The notes: generated from the sequence alone by a model not told the origin. 64,000 nt of DNA from Minisyncoccota bacterium (GCA_041675085.1 JBAYUN010000002.1:15967-79966), one strand, 5' to 3'. Shown: positions 50,701 through 60,187, counted from the first letter of the stretch. Made by a program: numbers and translations.

Positions 50701-51335
50701 AATTTAAACTTCACATACAAAGACAAGTCTTTCACATCTTCATAGCCTTGCGCGAGTTCATGAGAAGACAAAGTCGTCCCGCAACGAGGACACCAAGGCA
50801 CAACTTTATAATCTTTATAAATTAATTTTTGCTCATCTATTTTACCGACAACATTCCAAAGAGATTCAATATAATTATTCTCATAAGTTGCATAAGGATT
50901 TTCTTGATCTACCCAATACCCTATTCTCTTTGTAAAAGTATTCCAAAATTCTAAATATTCCCAAACGCTTTCTTTGCATTCACGATTGAACTTTGCGATA
51001 CCGTATTCTTCAATAGCTTTTTTAGAGTTTAGTCCGAGTTTCTTCTCTACTTGCAACTCTACAGGCAATCCGTGAGTGTCCCAACCTCCTTTGCGGCGCA
51101 CATAAAAACCTCGCATAGTTTTATATCGAGGGATCACATCTTTAAAAGCTCGAGCTTCGAGGTGATGAATTCCAGGTTTACCGTTGGCAGTAGGAGGACC
51201 TTCGTAAAATACGAATTCCTTTTCTCCTGCCCTACTTTGCATAGATTTTTGAAAGATTTGATTCTGTTCCCAGAACTCTAAAACTTTCTCTTCTCGCAAT
51301 GCACTTTCACTTTTTTGATTTTTATTTTCTTCCAT
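47775..51335 (-). CDS. ileS: Isoleucine--tRNA ligase (type 2) with inserted histidine-phosphatase domain
   Basis: EGPPTANGKPGIHH, GWDTHGLPVE, WTTTPWTLPGN, DWAISRERYWG, DQTRGWFY, KMSKS; internal MRHG...THGG domain. Confidence 0.95.
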   Translation of the reverse strand: MEENKNQKSESALREEKVLEFWEQNQIFQKSMQSRAGEKEFVFYEGPPTANGKPGIHHLEARAFKDVIPRYKTMRGFYVRRKGGWDTHGLPVELQVEKKLGLNSKKAIEEYGIAKFNRECKESVWEYLEFWNTFTKRIGYWVDQENPYATYENNYIESLWNVVGKIDEQKLIYKDYKVVPWCPRCGTTLSSHELAQGYEDVKDLSLYVKFKLKNKNNIPVGSLSEPAGSALTLGSSACERPEQENIFVNTFILAWTTTPWTLPGNVALAVGKDIDYVKVKKGEDFFILAEARISLLGEGFEIIEKFKGSELVGLEYEPLFPYLESTISDSEKPKLEKAFKVYGADFVTTEDGTGVVHTAVMYGADDFDLGTEIGLPKHHVVNLEGKFIQGMDFLSGRFVKEKDESGKPTLDVDIIKYLQEKNLFFHKELYEHSYPHCWRCKTALIYYARDSWYIRMTDKNIKERMIEENKTINWEPLHTREGRFGEWLAGIKDWAISRERYWGTPLPIWVSEDKETLVVDSIATLKKYTKKSNNKYFVMRHGQTENNTKNIVSTKIEKGSILTDLGKEATRVSAESLKDKNIDLIISSPYYRTLETSKIIATVLNLKEEDILTDVRIGEMQVLSYEGKNWDDYHKDYPKTLENFDKKNQGDESYKDVQTRVMDFLFDIENKYQDKNILFVTHGGPAWLMYSGSENLSLAETLELINSKKDFHYLANSEFSTLDFVPFPHDEKFALDLHRPYVDEVVLERDGKEYKRIKDVMDVWFDSGAMPFAQDHYPFENKERIEGVGYPADYISEAIDQTRGWFYTLHAVGTLMGRGKAYKNVICLGHLLDAKGKKMSKSQGNIVEPFSMIEKYGVDTLRLWMYSVNQPGESKNFDEKTVAILHSQVFGLLYNVLAFYELYRDRDLEKNEFTQSANILDQWILAKLGELVELSTLELDNYKVLEPARALRDFIGDLSTWYLRRNRDRIKDGDMEAKQTLYFVLKNLVKIMAPFTPFASEDIWLKLRNNADAESVHLAEWPTGQVLGSSVEVIEKMQIVRDLVSTGLQMRQKNNLPVRQPLASFTVTNKDLNAEFLEIIKDELNVKAILFGEEINLDINITSELKEEGLYREFLRSIQDSRKKEGLIPSDMITLFIETDSTGENIVKKFEDDFKKVAGIREISFESNDGIEVKVGELVFKIKIQK
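50592..50696. repeat. In-frame palindromic element in ileS (family B-related)
   Basis: Arms AACAAAAATATTTTCCTGTTCGGGTC / GACCCGACAGGAATATTATTTTTGTT; inner hairpin CTGAGCC..GGCTCAG; shares GCGACCCGA with the ligA copy. Confidence 0.8.
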
Positions 51336-51354
51336 AATTTTAAAAATAGTTAAT

Positions 51355-51510
51355 AAAAAAACTCGTCCTTAAATTACAACATAAAGTTATAATTCAAGGA
51401 CGAGTTTCAAGCCCGTGGTACCACCTTGTTTGCTTCTTAATTTATAGGGTTCTACGCTTTTTACAAAGTTTCTTCCCAAAGCTCCAGAGTGATAGCTCCT
51501 TCAACGCTTA
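51355..51510 (-). promoter_or_regulatory. T-box riboswitch leader of ileS with intrinsic terminator
   Basis: AAGGTGGTACCACGGG T-box (51412-51427), antiterminator partner CTCGTCC, terminator AAACTCGTCCTTGAATTATAAC/GTTGTAATTTAAGGACGAGTTT plus T run, ATC specifier at 51491-51493. Confidence 0.85.
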
Positions 51511-51521
51511 TAAACAGAATA

Positions 51522-53270
51522 CTACATTCTCTCTGGACTTTCAATACCTAAAAGATAAAGTCCGTTTTGCATGATGCGAGTAAAGGCTACCGTGAGGGCG
51601 AGTTTGTACGGAGACTCAGAGTCTTCGGTATTTACTATTTGATTATTCCCGTAGAAATTATTGAAGTTATGAGCGAGTTCTATTAGATAATGAGTTATAT
51701 AATGTGGAGCGTATTCGTTTTGAGCGCGAGATACAATTTCTGGGAATTTGTATAATATTTTTTCAATTTCTAAAATCTCTTGTTTGTCTGTAGCAGTAGC
51801 CTCTTTGATATTTTCTCTTTTAGCTTTTTCTAAAATAGAGTTAGCGCGAGCAAAAGAATATTGCAAATACGGACCTGAATCCCCTTCGAAAGAAATAGAC
51901 TTTTCAAAATCATAAATAATATCTCCTCCGATAGCTTGACGCAAAATAGAAAACTTCAAGGCTCCTACTCCGACAGAATTCGCAACTTTTTGCTTCTCAT
52001 CATCATCCCAATCCCTGTCTTTTACTTTCTCTAGGATAGAATCTGAGACGTCTTTGATAAGAGATTCCCCAGTAATGATATTCCCTTTTCTAGAACTCAT
52101 CTTGCCTGTAGCGAACCGTAGCATGCCGTGAGTTATATGCTTCATACGGGATTCGTATTCTGGGTGAATTAGAGAAATAGCTTTTGAGACAACTTTCATA
52201 TATTCACCTTGCTCAATAGCAGTAATCACAATAGAAGTATCCGGATTTTCTTTTTCAAATTTTGTCACAGTGAGCCCTATCTCTTTGGTCTCATAAGTAG
52301 GCAAACCTTCACTATTTATGAAGACACGTGTGTGGAGTTTCGGATCATATTTCTCTCCATGGAAAACTATCGCGCCGTTAGACTCTTCAAATACTTTAGC
52401 ACCGTTCTCGCCTAAATTCTTATTCACTATCTCGCGACCACGTTCGGCCATAGCGCTCTCAAAGAAATAGTGCTTGAACTTTGTACCCAAGACTTTATAT
52501 ATAGTCTCAAAAGCTTCAAGCGTAATAACTCTACCTAACATGTAGATCTCATTTATTTTCTCGTCTGACTTTTCATAAACTTGTTTGTTGATTTTATTTA
52601 TTTCTTTTTTAATCTCCTCATCTTCTTCGTACAAATTCGAAGCGAAAGAATAACATTCACCGATATATAGAGCTTGTTCGTTTACAGACTTAGATACGTC
52701 TGGCATACCTTTTTGCAAGATTCCATAAATTGCTTTCGCTACGTGAAGCCCGACGTCACCTTGGTAGTTGGCACGGATTGTCTCGGCTCCAGAGTATTCT
52801 ACGAGACGAGAGAGGGATTCCCCTATCGCATTACTCATCAAATGCCCAATATGAAAAGGCTTGAAAGGATTCGGGTCGGTATATTCTACCATGATTATCT
52901 CACCTTCTTTTGAATTATTTTTACCAAATTTTTCATCTTCAAGAATTTCATTTAAAGAATTAATAAAGAATTTCTTAGATAAATAGAAATTAATAAATCC
53001 AGGACCCGCAACTTCTATTTGTGCAATAGATTCCTCAAGGTCGGACCTTGGGGCTTCTTTAAGGTCCGACCTTAAAAATTCAACTATTTTTTCTGCTAAT
53101 TCACGTGGATTAGTTTTACTTTCTTTCGCAAATACCATAGCTACATTCGTAGAAAAATCCCCCATTTTTAAATCAGCTGGATGCTCCACAGAAAAAGAAG
53201 CCTCGCTGTTTATATCAAGTTTTTTTAAAGCCTCTTTTATTAAATTTTCTAACTTTGTTTTTATGTTCAT
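51522..53270 (-). CDS. argS: Arginine--tRNA ligase
   Basis: GDFSTN, AGPGFINF, PNPFKPFHIGH, KMSSRKGN, GPYLQY, PERM. Confidence 0.96.
   Translation of the reverse strand: MNIKTKLENLIKEALKKLDINSEASFSVEHPADLKMGDFSTNVAMVFAKESKTNPRELAEKIVEFLRSDLKEAPRSDLEESIAQIEVAGPGFINFYLSKKFFINSLNEILEDEKFGKNNSKEGEIIMVEYTDPNPFKPFHIGHLMSNAIGESLSRLVEYSGAETIRANYQGDVGLHVAKAIYGILQKGMPDVSKSVNEQALYIGECYSFASNLYEEDEEIKKEINKINKQVYEKSDEKINEIYMLGRVITLEAFETIYKVLGTKFKHYFFESAMAERGREIVNKNLGENGAKVFEESNGAIVFHGEKYDPKLHTRVFINSEGLPTYETKEIGLTVTKFEKENPDTSIVITAIEQGEYMKVVSKAISLIHPEYESRMKHITHGMLRFATGKMSSRKGNIITGESLIKDVSDSILEKVKDRDWDDDEKQKVANSVGVGALKFSILRQAIGGDIIYDFEKSISFEGDSGPYLQYSFARANSILEKAKRENIKEATATDKQEILEIEKILYKFPEIVSRAQNEYAPHYITHYLIELAHNFNNFYGNNQIVNTEDSESPYKLALTVAFTRIMQNGLYLLGIESPERM
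53034..53076. repeat. Pair of short REP-like palindromes in frame in argS (family A)
   Basis: CAAGGTC-G-GACCTTG and TTTAAGGTC-C-GACCTTAAA; each encodes RSDL. Confidence 0.8.
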
Positions 53271-53271
53271 T

Positions 53272-53700
53272 TTATTTATGCCCTGTTGTGCCAAAACCTC
53301 CTCGGTCGGTAGCTTCCATATTCTCTACTTCTTCCCATTCTGGAATTTCAATTTTAACAAAAGCTCCCTGACCAATACGTTCCCCTTTTTCGACTACTAC
53401 GTCAGTATCAGTAATATTATAAACTTGGAGCAATATCTCATCAGTATCTCCACAATAGTCAGTATCAATATATCCAGTACTTACTAGCAGTCCTTTTTTC
53501 TTTAAAGTACTTGATCGGTCCTTTATTTCTAGCATATAACCTTTGGGTATTGCAATGATTACATTAGTCGGCAATCTCTCTAAAGTTTTAGGCGGGATAG
53601 TGATATCAATACGTGAGTACAAGTCAAAAGCCACAGCGCCAATAGTCTGATATGCTGGCATTGGTAAACTTTTATCTATTCTTTTGATTTTAACTTTCAT
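53272..53700 (-). CDS. dut: dUTP diphosphatase
   Basis: AFDL, RSS, GYIDTDYCG, GERIGQ, RGGFGTTG. Confidence 0.93.
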   Translation of the reverse strand: MKVKIKRIDKSLPMPAYQTIGAVAFDLYSRIDITIPPKTLERLPTNVIIAIPKGYMLEIKDRSSTLKKKGLLVSTGYIDTDYCGDTDEILLQVYNITDTDVVVEKGERIGQGAFVKIEIPEWEEVENMEATDRGGFGTTGHK

Positions 53701-53735
53701 AACTTTACAATAGCATAAATTATCTAGAATTTAAA

Positions 53736-54272
53736 TTAAAACAATTCTTTAATAATTTTATTATACATTTCAAAATAATCATCAGAATAAAATCTTGGTA
53801 TTACTTTTCCTTTCATTTCTTCTGAAAAGTTTTTAATTTCTTCTAAAGAAAACTTTCTAAATCCCAAACCAGCACCTTCTTCTATTTTAAATTCTTCTAA
53901 ATTTCCTTCACATATTCCTGCGAAAATGCATCTAAAAGCATTATTCTGTGTTTTTGTATTTGGATCAAAGCTTTCTCTATATTGTTTTTCAATAAATTTT
54001 ATTGTTACTTTAATTCCTGTTTCTTCTAAAAGTTCCCTTTGGGCACATTCTTGGTATGATTCATATTTTGTATCTACATGACCACCCACAGTAACATCAT
54101 AAAAACCAGGCCAAGTATCTTGATGATCTCCTCTTTTTTGAAAAATAAATTCTTGGTTTGGTGTCACCAACCAAACATGTATCTCTCGATGTTTTAAACC
54201 ATTTTGGTGAATTATTTTTCTTTCTTCTTCACCTATTATTTCATCTTGTTCATTTACTATTGGGATTTTCAT
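53736..54272 (-). CDS. NUDIX hydrolase (Idi-like)
   Basis: GLKHRE, QKR, GGHV...AQRELLEETGI. Confidence 0.9.
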   Translation of the reverse strand: MKIPIVNEQDEIIGEEERKIIHQNGLKHREIHVWLVTPNQEFIFQKRGDHQDTWPGFYDVTVGGHVDTKYESYQECAQRELLEETGIKVTIKFIEKQYRESFDPNTKTQNNAFRCIFAGICEGNLEEFKIEEGAGLGFRKFSLEEIKNFSEEMKGKVIPRFYSDDYFEMYNKIIKELF

Positions 54273-54275
54273 ATT

Positions 54276-55091
54276 TTAAACTTTCAACTTAATATTAAAA
54301 GAAACAGTCAACGACTCTTTTGGTTTTATTATTGTTGGCTCTAGTATTATACCTCCTATATCATGCATCACCGGTTCTATACAAACAAAGTCTTTATCTG
54401 ACATAGACCAAACCCAAATCTTTTTATACTCTTTATCTATCGTGAATATTAAAGTTCCGAGTTCTGGAATATAAACTTCCAAAGGTATATTTGGATTATC
54501 TATAGATACAGCTTTACCATTCGCCCATTTTTCAATATTTTCTTTTACAAAATCTCCACCCGGGAAATTAAATTCTATATTTTGTTTTTGTGCATTAGCA
54601 ACTTTAAAATAAGGATGCAGCCCGCTAGAGATAGGCATTTCTTGATTTTCATTTAAATTCTGAATATTTTTAGTTAAAGTAAAAGAACTGTCTTCTTCTA
54701 AGACTCCACTTATGGTCAATTTAAAATCATGAGGATAAACACTTTTTGTATTTTCATCAGAAATTAAAGTCTCAGAAAAACTATTTTCTTTATTTTCAGA
54801 ACTCCATTTTATATCTCTAGCAAAACCATGTTGTTTTAAATTAATATACTCTTCCGTCTTTATCTCTTCTGGAATAGGACCAGCATTAGGAAAAAGTATT
54901 GGTATACCTCCTCTAACACTAGCGTCTTTGTTTTTAAAAGTCTCATGATCTAAATATAAAATCTCTGCTCCATTTAGTTTTAAAGAAGTAATTATTCCAC
55001 CTCTTTCAGAAGAAAAAGAAACTTCTCCCTTATTAGGAGTTTGAATTTTTTCTATTTTGGGAGATTGACTAGGTATTTCAAATTTATTCAT
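54276..55091 (-). CDS. Aldose 1-epimerase / galactose mutarotase-like protein
   Basis: RGGIPILFP, QHGFARD, GLHPYF, FVCIEP. Confidence 0.9.
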   Translation of the reverse strand: MNKFEIPSQSPKIEKIQTPNKGEVSFSSERGGIITSLKLNGAEILYLDHETFKNKDASVRGGIPILFPNAGPIPEEIKTEEYINLKQHGFARDIKWSSENKENSFSETLISDENTKSVYPHDFKLTISGVLEEDSSFTLTKNIQNLNENQEMPISSGLHPYFKVANAQKQNIEFNFPGGDFVKENIEKWANGKAVSIDNPNIPLEVYIPELGTLIFTIDKEYKKIWVWSMSDKDFVCIEPVMHDIGGIILEPTIIKPKESLTVSFNIKLKV

Positions 55092-55094
55092 ATT

Positions 55095-55793
55095 TTATTT
55101 AACCACTTTTTTAACTATCTTATAAACTTCTTCATGTATATCTTCTCTTGTTCTCATATCTTTATCTTTTGCACAATCTACTTTTACAAAATTTGGTAAA
55201 TAAGTAGAGAGCCACAACGCACTCGCTCGAGAATTTTTTTGAAAATCTACGTCTACTTCATGTACATCTTTTTTATTACCAGCATAATTCCTCTTTGAAT
55301 TCTTGTTACGTTCTTTCATCATTTTAATTGATAAAGGTAATGGAACAGAAAGATATACTACTAAATCTGGACGAGGAATCTTAAATACTCCATATTCCAT
55401 TTCATCTAACCATTTTAAAAATTCAGCTCTCTTCTTTGCATTTTTAATTTTGCCTCCTTGGTGAATCTGATTTGCAGATACATACCTATCTAATACAACA
55501 ACAAAACCATCATCCAACCATTTTTTAATCATCTGACTAGATTCAAAGCGATCAGCAGCATACAATACAGAGACTATTTTTGGATGCACATTGATGAAAT
55601 TATAATATTGCTCGGTCAGACAATGTCCAATAAATCCTCCAAAGAAATTATCATATTCTGGAAAATGCATATTCTTAACCTTCAACCCTTCACTTTTAAA
55701 CTTCTTTAAAAGAAAATCAATTTGGGTAGATTTCCCGCTCCCGTCTGCTCCGTCTATGACTATCAGTTTGCCTTTAGTTTTTTTCTTTAACAT
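55095..55793 (-). CDS. tmk: Thymidylate kinase
   Basis: IDGADGSGKSTQ, FPEY, LYAADR, LDRY, RPDLVVYL. Confidence 0.9.
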   Translation of the reverse strand: MLKKKTKGKLIVIDGADGSGKSTQIDFLLKKFKSEGLKVKNMHFPEYDNFFGGFIGHCLTEQYYNFINVHPKIVSVLYAADRFESSQMIKKWLDDGFVVVLDRYVSANQIHQGGKIKNAKKRAEFLKWLDEMEYGVFKIPRPDLVVYLSVPLPLSIKMMKERNKNSKRNYAGNKKDVHEVDVDFQKNSRASALWLSTYLPNFVKVDCAKDKDMRTREDIHEEVYKIVKKVVK

Positions 55794-56379
55794 AACTATA
55801 CTTTAGCAAATTTCTCCTTCTATACAAAACAATAATAATCTCAACAACACATCCTAACAAGAAATACAATGCGAAACCATAATTCACAAAGTTAAAAGTC
55901 GCAATAGTCAACAAAGAAAGCATAGAATTAAAAATCCCTGACATATAAGGTGCGAGGTTTTCAGAATCTGGGAATTTCCAAGATTTTATATAAGTAGGAA
56001 CAAAGGCGATCAGATCTACTAATACAGCAAAAAGAGTCGCGACAGCTCCTTGCTTGAAGTAAAGCCAAGCCACAAGAGAGCAAAAAGCAAAAAACAAGCA
56101 AAGATAATCCAAGCTTCCTAATTCCCAATACGCATTCTTATTCTTAAAACTTGCTAAGAAAATTAATAGTGAAGTAAACCCAGAAACAAATAAAGGTAAA
56201 GCTGCCCAAGATCCTCCTTCAAAAAATAAAATTATCGAAGCGATAAAAGGTGCGAGGAACCATATAAACCAAGATACTCTATTTGGCTTGGTCTCACCAC
56301 GCAAGGTATCTCGTATATATACATAACTCGATAGAGTCGAGTTGATTATAGAAAAATAAACAATATAAAAAGGAAACAT
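55774..56379 (-). CDS. Hypothetical multi-pass membrane protein
   Basis: TKPNRVSWFIW, PTYIKSWKFPDSE; about 7 hydrophobic helices. Confidence 0.75.
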   Translation of the reverse strand: MFPFYIVYFSIINSTLSSYVYIRDTLRGETKPNRVSWFIWFLAPFIASIILFFEGGSWAALPLFVSGFTSLLIFLASFKNKNAYWELGSLDYLCLFFAFCSLVAWLYFKQGAVATLFAVLVDLIAFVPTYIKSWKFPDSENLAPYMSGIFNSMLSLLTIATFNFVNYGFALYFLLGCVVEIIIVLYRRRNLLKYSYVKEKN

Positions 56380-56424
56380 GTTTTTATTTTACCATAAACA
56401 AACTTTAAAATTTTCTTAGTATAA

Positions 56425-56955
56425 TTATAATTCTATATTAAGTTTTTTAAAATAAGCTCGTTTTTTAGATAGACCAGTACCTAGTTCTAGATTATTTCTC
56501 AAAGCAAATGACTCTATTTTATCTTCGGCATTTTTCACGTCTGCCTCATTGTCTACCATGAGTTCTATCTCCCCTACTTGATATCCAAAATCTGTCTCAT
56601 CTATATCAATACTAAAATCTTCTTTTTTATATTTCTTTCTTACTGTTCTATATTCTATAGCAGATATTAAAGTTTCATTAATGAATTCTTGCAAATCAGA
56701 AGTATTAAAATATTCCTTTATCTTCTCAATATCCTCTATTTCTTCGTGAATACCAGAGCCAGATTGTATCTTTAATTCAAAACGTCCGTTTCTTTTACGT
56801 AAAGCAATATCACCTTTCAAGAACCTATAATCAGGATAGTCATAATAAATATCATGATTAGTAACTTCACCTAAAAATTCTGCATCTGTTAAAAGCATCT
56901 TTAGATTTTCTTCGGTAGGTATGAACTTTTTTTCAACTTCAATCATGTTAGACAA
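56425..56955 (-). CDS. CYTH-domain protein
   Basis: IEVEKKF (ExExK), DIYYD, LRKR, ELK, EIE. Confidence 0.9.
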   Translation of the reverse strand: MSNMIEVEKKFIPTEENLKMLLTDAEFLGEVTNHDIYYDYPDYRFLKGDIALRKRNGRFELKIQSGSGIHEEIEDIEKIKEYFNTSDLQEFINETLISAIEYRTVRKKYKKEDFSIDIDETDFGYQVGEIELMVDNEADVKNAEDKIESFALRNNLELGTGLSKKRAYFKKLNIEL

Positions 56956-58204
56956 ATTTCTTTGGTATTGGGTGTTTAAGAGCTAGCTTTTTAATCTCAG
57001 CTTTGATTTTATTTTTTATTTTTTTATTATCTTTATTTTTTAGAGTTTCGATCATAAGCTCGGCGACTCTTTTACAGTCACTCTCTTTAAATCCTCTTGT
57101 AGTTATCGCCGGAGTACCGAAACGAATTCCTGAAGGGTCGAGTGGCTTCCTCGTATCCCCAGCGATAGAATTCATATTCAAAGTTATATTCACTTCGTCG
57201 AGGACCGTCTGCGCTTCTTTACCAGTAACCCCAAGAGATCCGTACACATCAGCCAGTATCAAATGATTCTCTGTGCCTCCAGCTATCATACGAATCTTAT
57301 TTTTCTTAAAAACTTCTGCCATAGCTTTCGCGTTCTTTAAAACTTGTTTGGCATAGATTTTAAACTTTGGACTAAGTGCTTCTCCGAAGGCAACGGCTTT
57401 CGCAGCGATAGTATGCATATGCGGACCGCCTTGGATTCCAGGAAAAATAGCTTTATCTATTTTTTTCGCAAGCTCTTCATCCTCGCGAGTAAGTATTATT
57501 CCACCTCTTGGACCTCGGAGAGTCTTGTGAGTTGTACTTGTGATAATATCGAAGCCGTCAGAGAAAGGATTCCTTAATGCCCCACCCGCTATAAGTCCGG
57601 CGATATGAGCCATATCTGCGACTGTGATAGCTCCGACTTCACGCGCAATCTCAACAAACTTTTTATAATTTAAATTTTTAGGATAAGCCGAGAATCCAGC
57701 AAGGATAATTTTCGGTTTATGCTTAATTGCCATATTACGCAAATCTTCATAATCTATCTCCCCTGTATCAGGATTACTCATTTTATAAGTTACAAATTTA
57801 TATATCTGCGCAGGCAGAGTCATAGGATGTCCGTGAGTCAAATGCCCTCCATGAGAGAGATCCATACCGAGCACAGTGTCACCAGGAGATAAAATAGCAG
57901 AATACACAGCCAAGTTTGCCGGAGCACCAGAGTGAGCCTGCACGTTGGCAAATTTGCATTTAAATAATTTCTTGATTCTCTCTATAGCGAGATTCTCTAC
58001 CGCGTCGGTGTATTCTTGTCCGCCGTAGTATCGGCGTCCTGGATAACCTTCAGAATATTTATTAGTAAAGATAGAGCCGTTAGCAATCAACACATCCTCG
58101 GATACGTAGTTCTCAGAAGGTATTAATTCTAGTCCTTCGGCTTGCCTTTTGGCTTCTAGTTTAATAAGTTGTGCTACTTTTTTATCTTTCATTTTTGCTT
58201 GCAT
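56948..58204 (-). CDS. glyA: Serine hydroxymethyltransferase
   Basis: LIPSENY, NKYSEGYPGRRYYGG, GGHLTHG, TTHKTLRGPRGG, SGIRFGTPA. Confidence 0.98.
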   Translation of the reverse strand: MQAKMKDKKVAQLIKLEAKRQAEGLELIPSENYVSEDVLIANGSIFTNKYSEGYPGRRYYGGQEYTDAVENLAIERIKKLFKCKFANVQAHSGAPANLAVYSAILSPGDTVLGMDLSHGGHLTHGHPMTLPAQIYKFVTYKMSNPDTGEIDYEDLRNMAIKHKPKIILAGFSAYPKNLNYKKFVEIAREVGAITVADMAHIAGLIAGGALRNPFSDGFDIITSTTHKTLRGPRGGIILTREDEELAKKIDKAIFPGIQGGPHMHTIAAKAVAFGEALSPKFKIYAKQVLKNAKAMAEVFKKNKIRMIAGGTENHLILADVYGSLGVTGKEAQTVLDEVNITLNMNSIAGDTRKPLDPSGIRFGTPAITTRGFKESDCKRVAELMIETLKNKDNKKIKNKIKAEIKKLALKHPIPKKFV

Positions 58205-59052
58205 TCTTTTATTCTATCACAGGTAAATACTATTGTCCCTAGAGTATCCGTACGCAAGATTTCGACCCCAAAACTCTCTAAAATAGACAGGATTTCTTTA
58301 TGAGGGTGCCCATAGCTATTACCTTGCCCTCTCGAAATGACGGCGTACTTAGGTCGTACTTTTTCCAAGAATTCTTTACTTGTAGAAGTCCGGGACCCAT
58401 GATGACCTATTTTTAAAATATCACTTCTTAAATACTCTTCATTGTACTTCTCTAAGACTATCTCTTCAGTTCTTGTGGTAGCGTCTCCAGTCAGCATAAT
58501 AGTCGACTCTCCGTAAACAAGTCGAGCGACAATAGAGCCGTCATTATTATCCCAAATAGATACATCTCGATCAGGAAATAAAATCTCAATATACGCTCCC
58601 CCGCCGATATCTATCCGCGTACCCGCCCGAGCGAGCACTCGTTTAGTATTTTGAGACTTTATTTCTTTTTCAATACTTTTATAAATAGTAGAGTCATTAT
58701 AAGTCCCCGGCTCGAATACGACATCAACTTTATAATTTTTCAAAATATCTAAAAATCCTCCAATATGATCTAGGTCTGGATTTGTGATTATTAGCATGTC
58801 GATACTTTTATCATAAAAAGGAATTAACTTTGAAAGCTCGCTCAAAGTTTTCTTGTCGCGACCGCCGTCTATCACAATCTGCAGACCGCTCGGAGATTCA
58901 ATAAAAAGAGCATCTCCCTGACCCACATCAAGTATAGCGAAAGTCAGATTAGGTTCTTTCTTGATAGAAGTTAAATAAAAGAGTACAAAGACAAAAAATA
59001 ACAAAAATAGAAATATATAAAATAAACCACATTTTTCTAAGCTGTCTCGCAT
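58189..59052 (-). CDS. ComEC/Rec2-type metallo-beta-lactamase-fold protein
   Basis: LDVGQGDA, TNPDLDHIGG, LTGDA, KIGHHGSRTS, NSYGHPH. Confidence 0.9.
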   Translation of the reverse strand: MRDSLEKCGLFYIFLFLLFFVFVLFYLTSIKKEPNLTFAILDVGQGDALFIESPSGLQIVIDGGRDKKTLSELSKLIPFYDKSIDMLIITNPDLDHIGGFLDILKNYKVDVVFEPGTYNDSTIYKSIEKEIKSQNTKRVLARAGTRIDIGGGAYIEILFPDRDVSIWDNNDGSIVARLVYGESTIMLTGDATTRTEEIVLEKYNEEYLRSDILKIGHHGSRTSTSKEFLEKVRPKYAVISRGQGNSYGHPHKEILSILESFGVEILRTDTLGTIVFTCDRIKECKQK

Positions 59053-59068
59053 GCTATAATATTAACAT

Positions 59069-59674
59069 ATGAAACAATTTCAAGAACAAAAATGGGACAT
59101 AGGAGCATTAAAAGGCATAAGCGCTAAAAACATAGAAGAACATTTAAAACTCTATGCAGGATATGTGAAAAACACAAATGATATTTTAGGGAAAATAAAA
59201 GAGTACAGAGGTTACGTAGCCGAAGACTCTTTTGCTCCATACGTCATCAACGAACTATATCGTCGATTTTCTTTTGAATACAACGGTATGAAGAATCATG
59301 AGATATATTTCGACTCCTTAGAAGGCGGAGGTGTCGCGTTAAATACAGAAAGTATTTTGTATAAAAAAATAGTGGAGGATTTTGGTAGTTATGAAAAATT
59401 CTTGGAAGATTTTAAAACTCTAGCTCTGACGAGAGGTATAGGTTGGGCAACTCTCTGGTACAACAAAGAGAGAGATATGCTGCTTACCTCTTGGATAGAC
59501 GAGCAACATTTAGGTCAACTCAATAATACTACTATGATCCTCGGTATCGATATGTGGGAACATGCATACGTCTACGACTATCCTACCAGCGAGAAAAAGA
59601 AATACGTAGAAGCTTTTTTTGAAAACTTAAATTGGAGTAAAATTGAAAAAAATTTTACTGATGCTTTAAAATAA
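59069..59674 (+). CDS. Fe/Mn superoxide dismutase family protein
   Basis: EEHLKLYAGYV, NHEIYF, GWA, DMWEHAY. Confidence 0.9.
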   Translation: MKQFQEQKWDIGALKGISAKNIEEHLKLYAGYVKNTNDILGKIKEYRGYVAEDSFAPYVINELYRRFSFEYNGMKNHEIYFDSLEGGGVALNTESILYKKIVEDFGSYEKFLEDFKTLALTRGIGWATLWYNKERDMLLTSWIDEQHLGQLNNTTMILGIDMWEHAYVYDYPTSEKKKYVEAFFENLNWSKIEKNFTDALK

Positions 59675-59692
59675 ATACGTATAAAAGTTTTA

Positions 59693-59726
59693 AAGCCCAG
59701 AAATCACGAAGTGATTTCTGGGCTTT
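59693..59726. terminator. Bidirectional terminator
   Basis: AAAGCCCAGAAATCAC-GAA-GTGATTTCTGGGCTTT. Confidence 0.8.
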
Positions 59727-59741
59727 GCTTATTCGTCAAGA

Positions 59742-59903
59742 TTATAAAAAATCTGGCTCTGTTTTTATTAAGACATTTAAATTTTTATTTATTTGCCTTA
59801 ATTCCCTTTTAGTTTTTCTGTTAATAAAAATAGAAGGAAACATACTTTGTAATACTCTAAAAACTTGTAAACAACGAACTATAAATTTTTTTATTTTAAA
59901 CAT
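59742..59903 (-). CDS. Small hypothetical protein
   Basis: ORF from MFKIKK between an upstream TATACT and the terminator. Confidence 0.35.
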   Translation of the reverse strand: MFKIKKFIVRCLQVFRVLQSMFPSIFINRKTKRELRQINKNLNVLIKTEPDFL

Positions 59904-59974
59904 GATATAACAATTTAAATTAAAAAATGGAAATCTCAATTAGTATAATAACATAGTTTTTTTAAAAAGCAAAT

Positions 59975-60187
59975 AAAAAATACCTGAGGCGCGCATTGCG
60001 ATCCAGGTATTCATTTTGAGGCCAGCACTCTCGGTAGTGCGGACCTCACAATTTCTCAAAAAGGTTCACCGATTTTTTTGGGGCGTCTTGGTGCAAAATG
60101 ACACCCCTTTCCATACGGGTGGTATAGGTATATTTTATTCTTTTTTTTTGCTAAGCCAAAAAAAAGAAAGAACTATTCAAACTTCTA
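59975..60187 (-). ncRNA. Candidate structured non-coding RNA (unassigned)
   Basis: TTGACT-17-TAATAT promoter (60193-60221), GC-rich hairpins, terminator 59979-60011 with U run. Confidence 0.35.
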
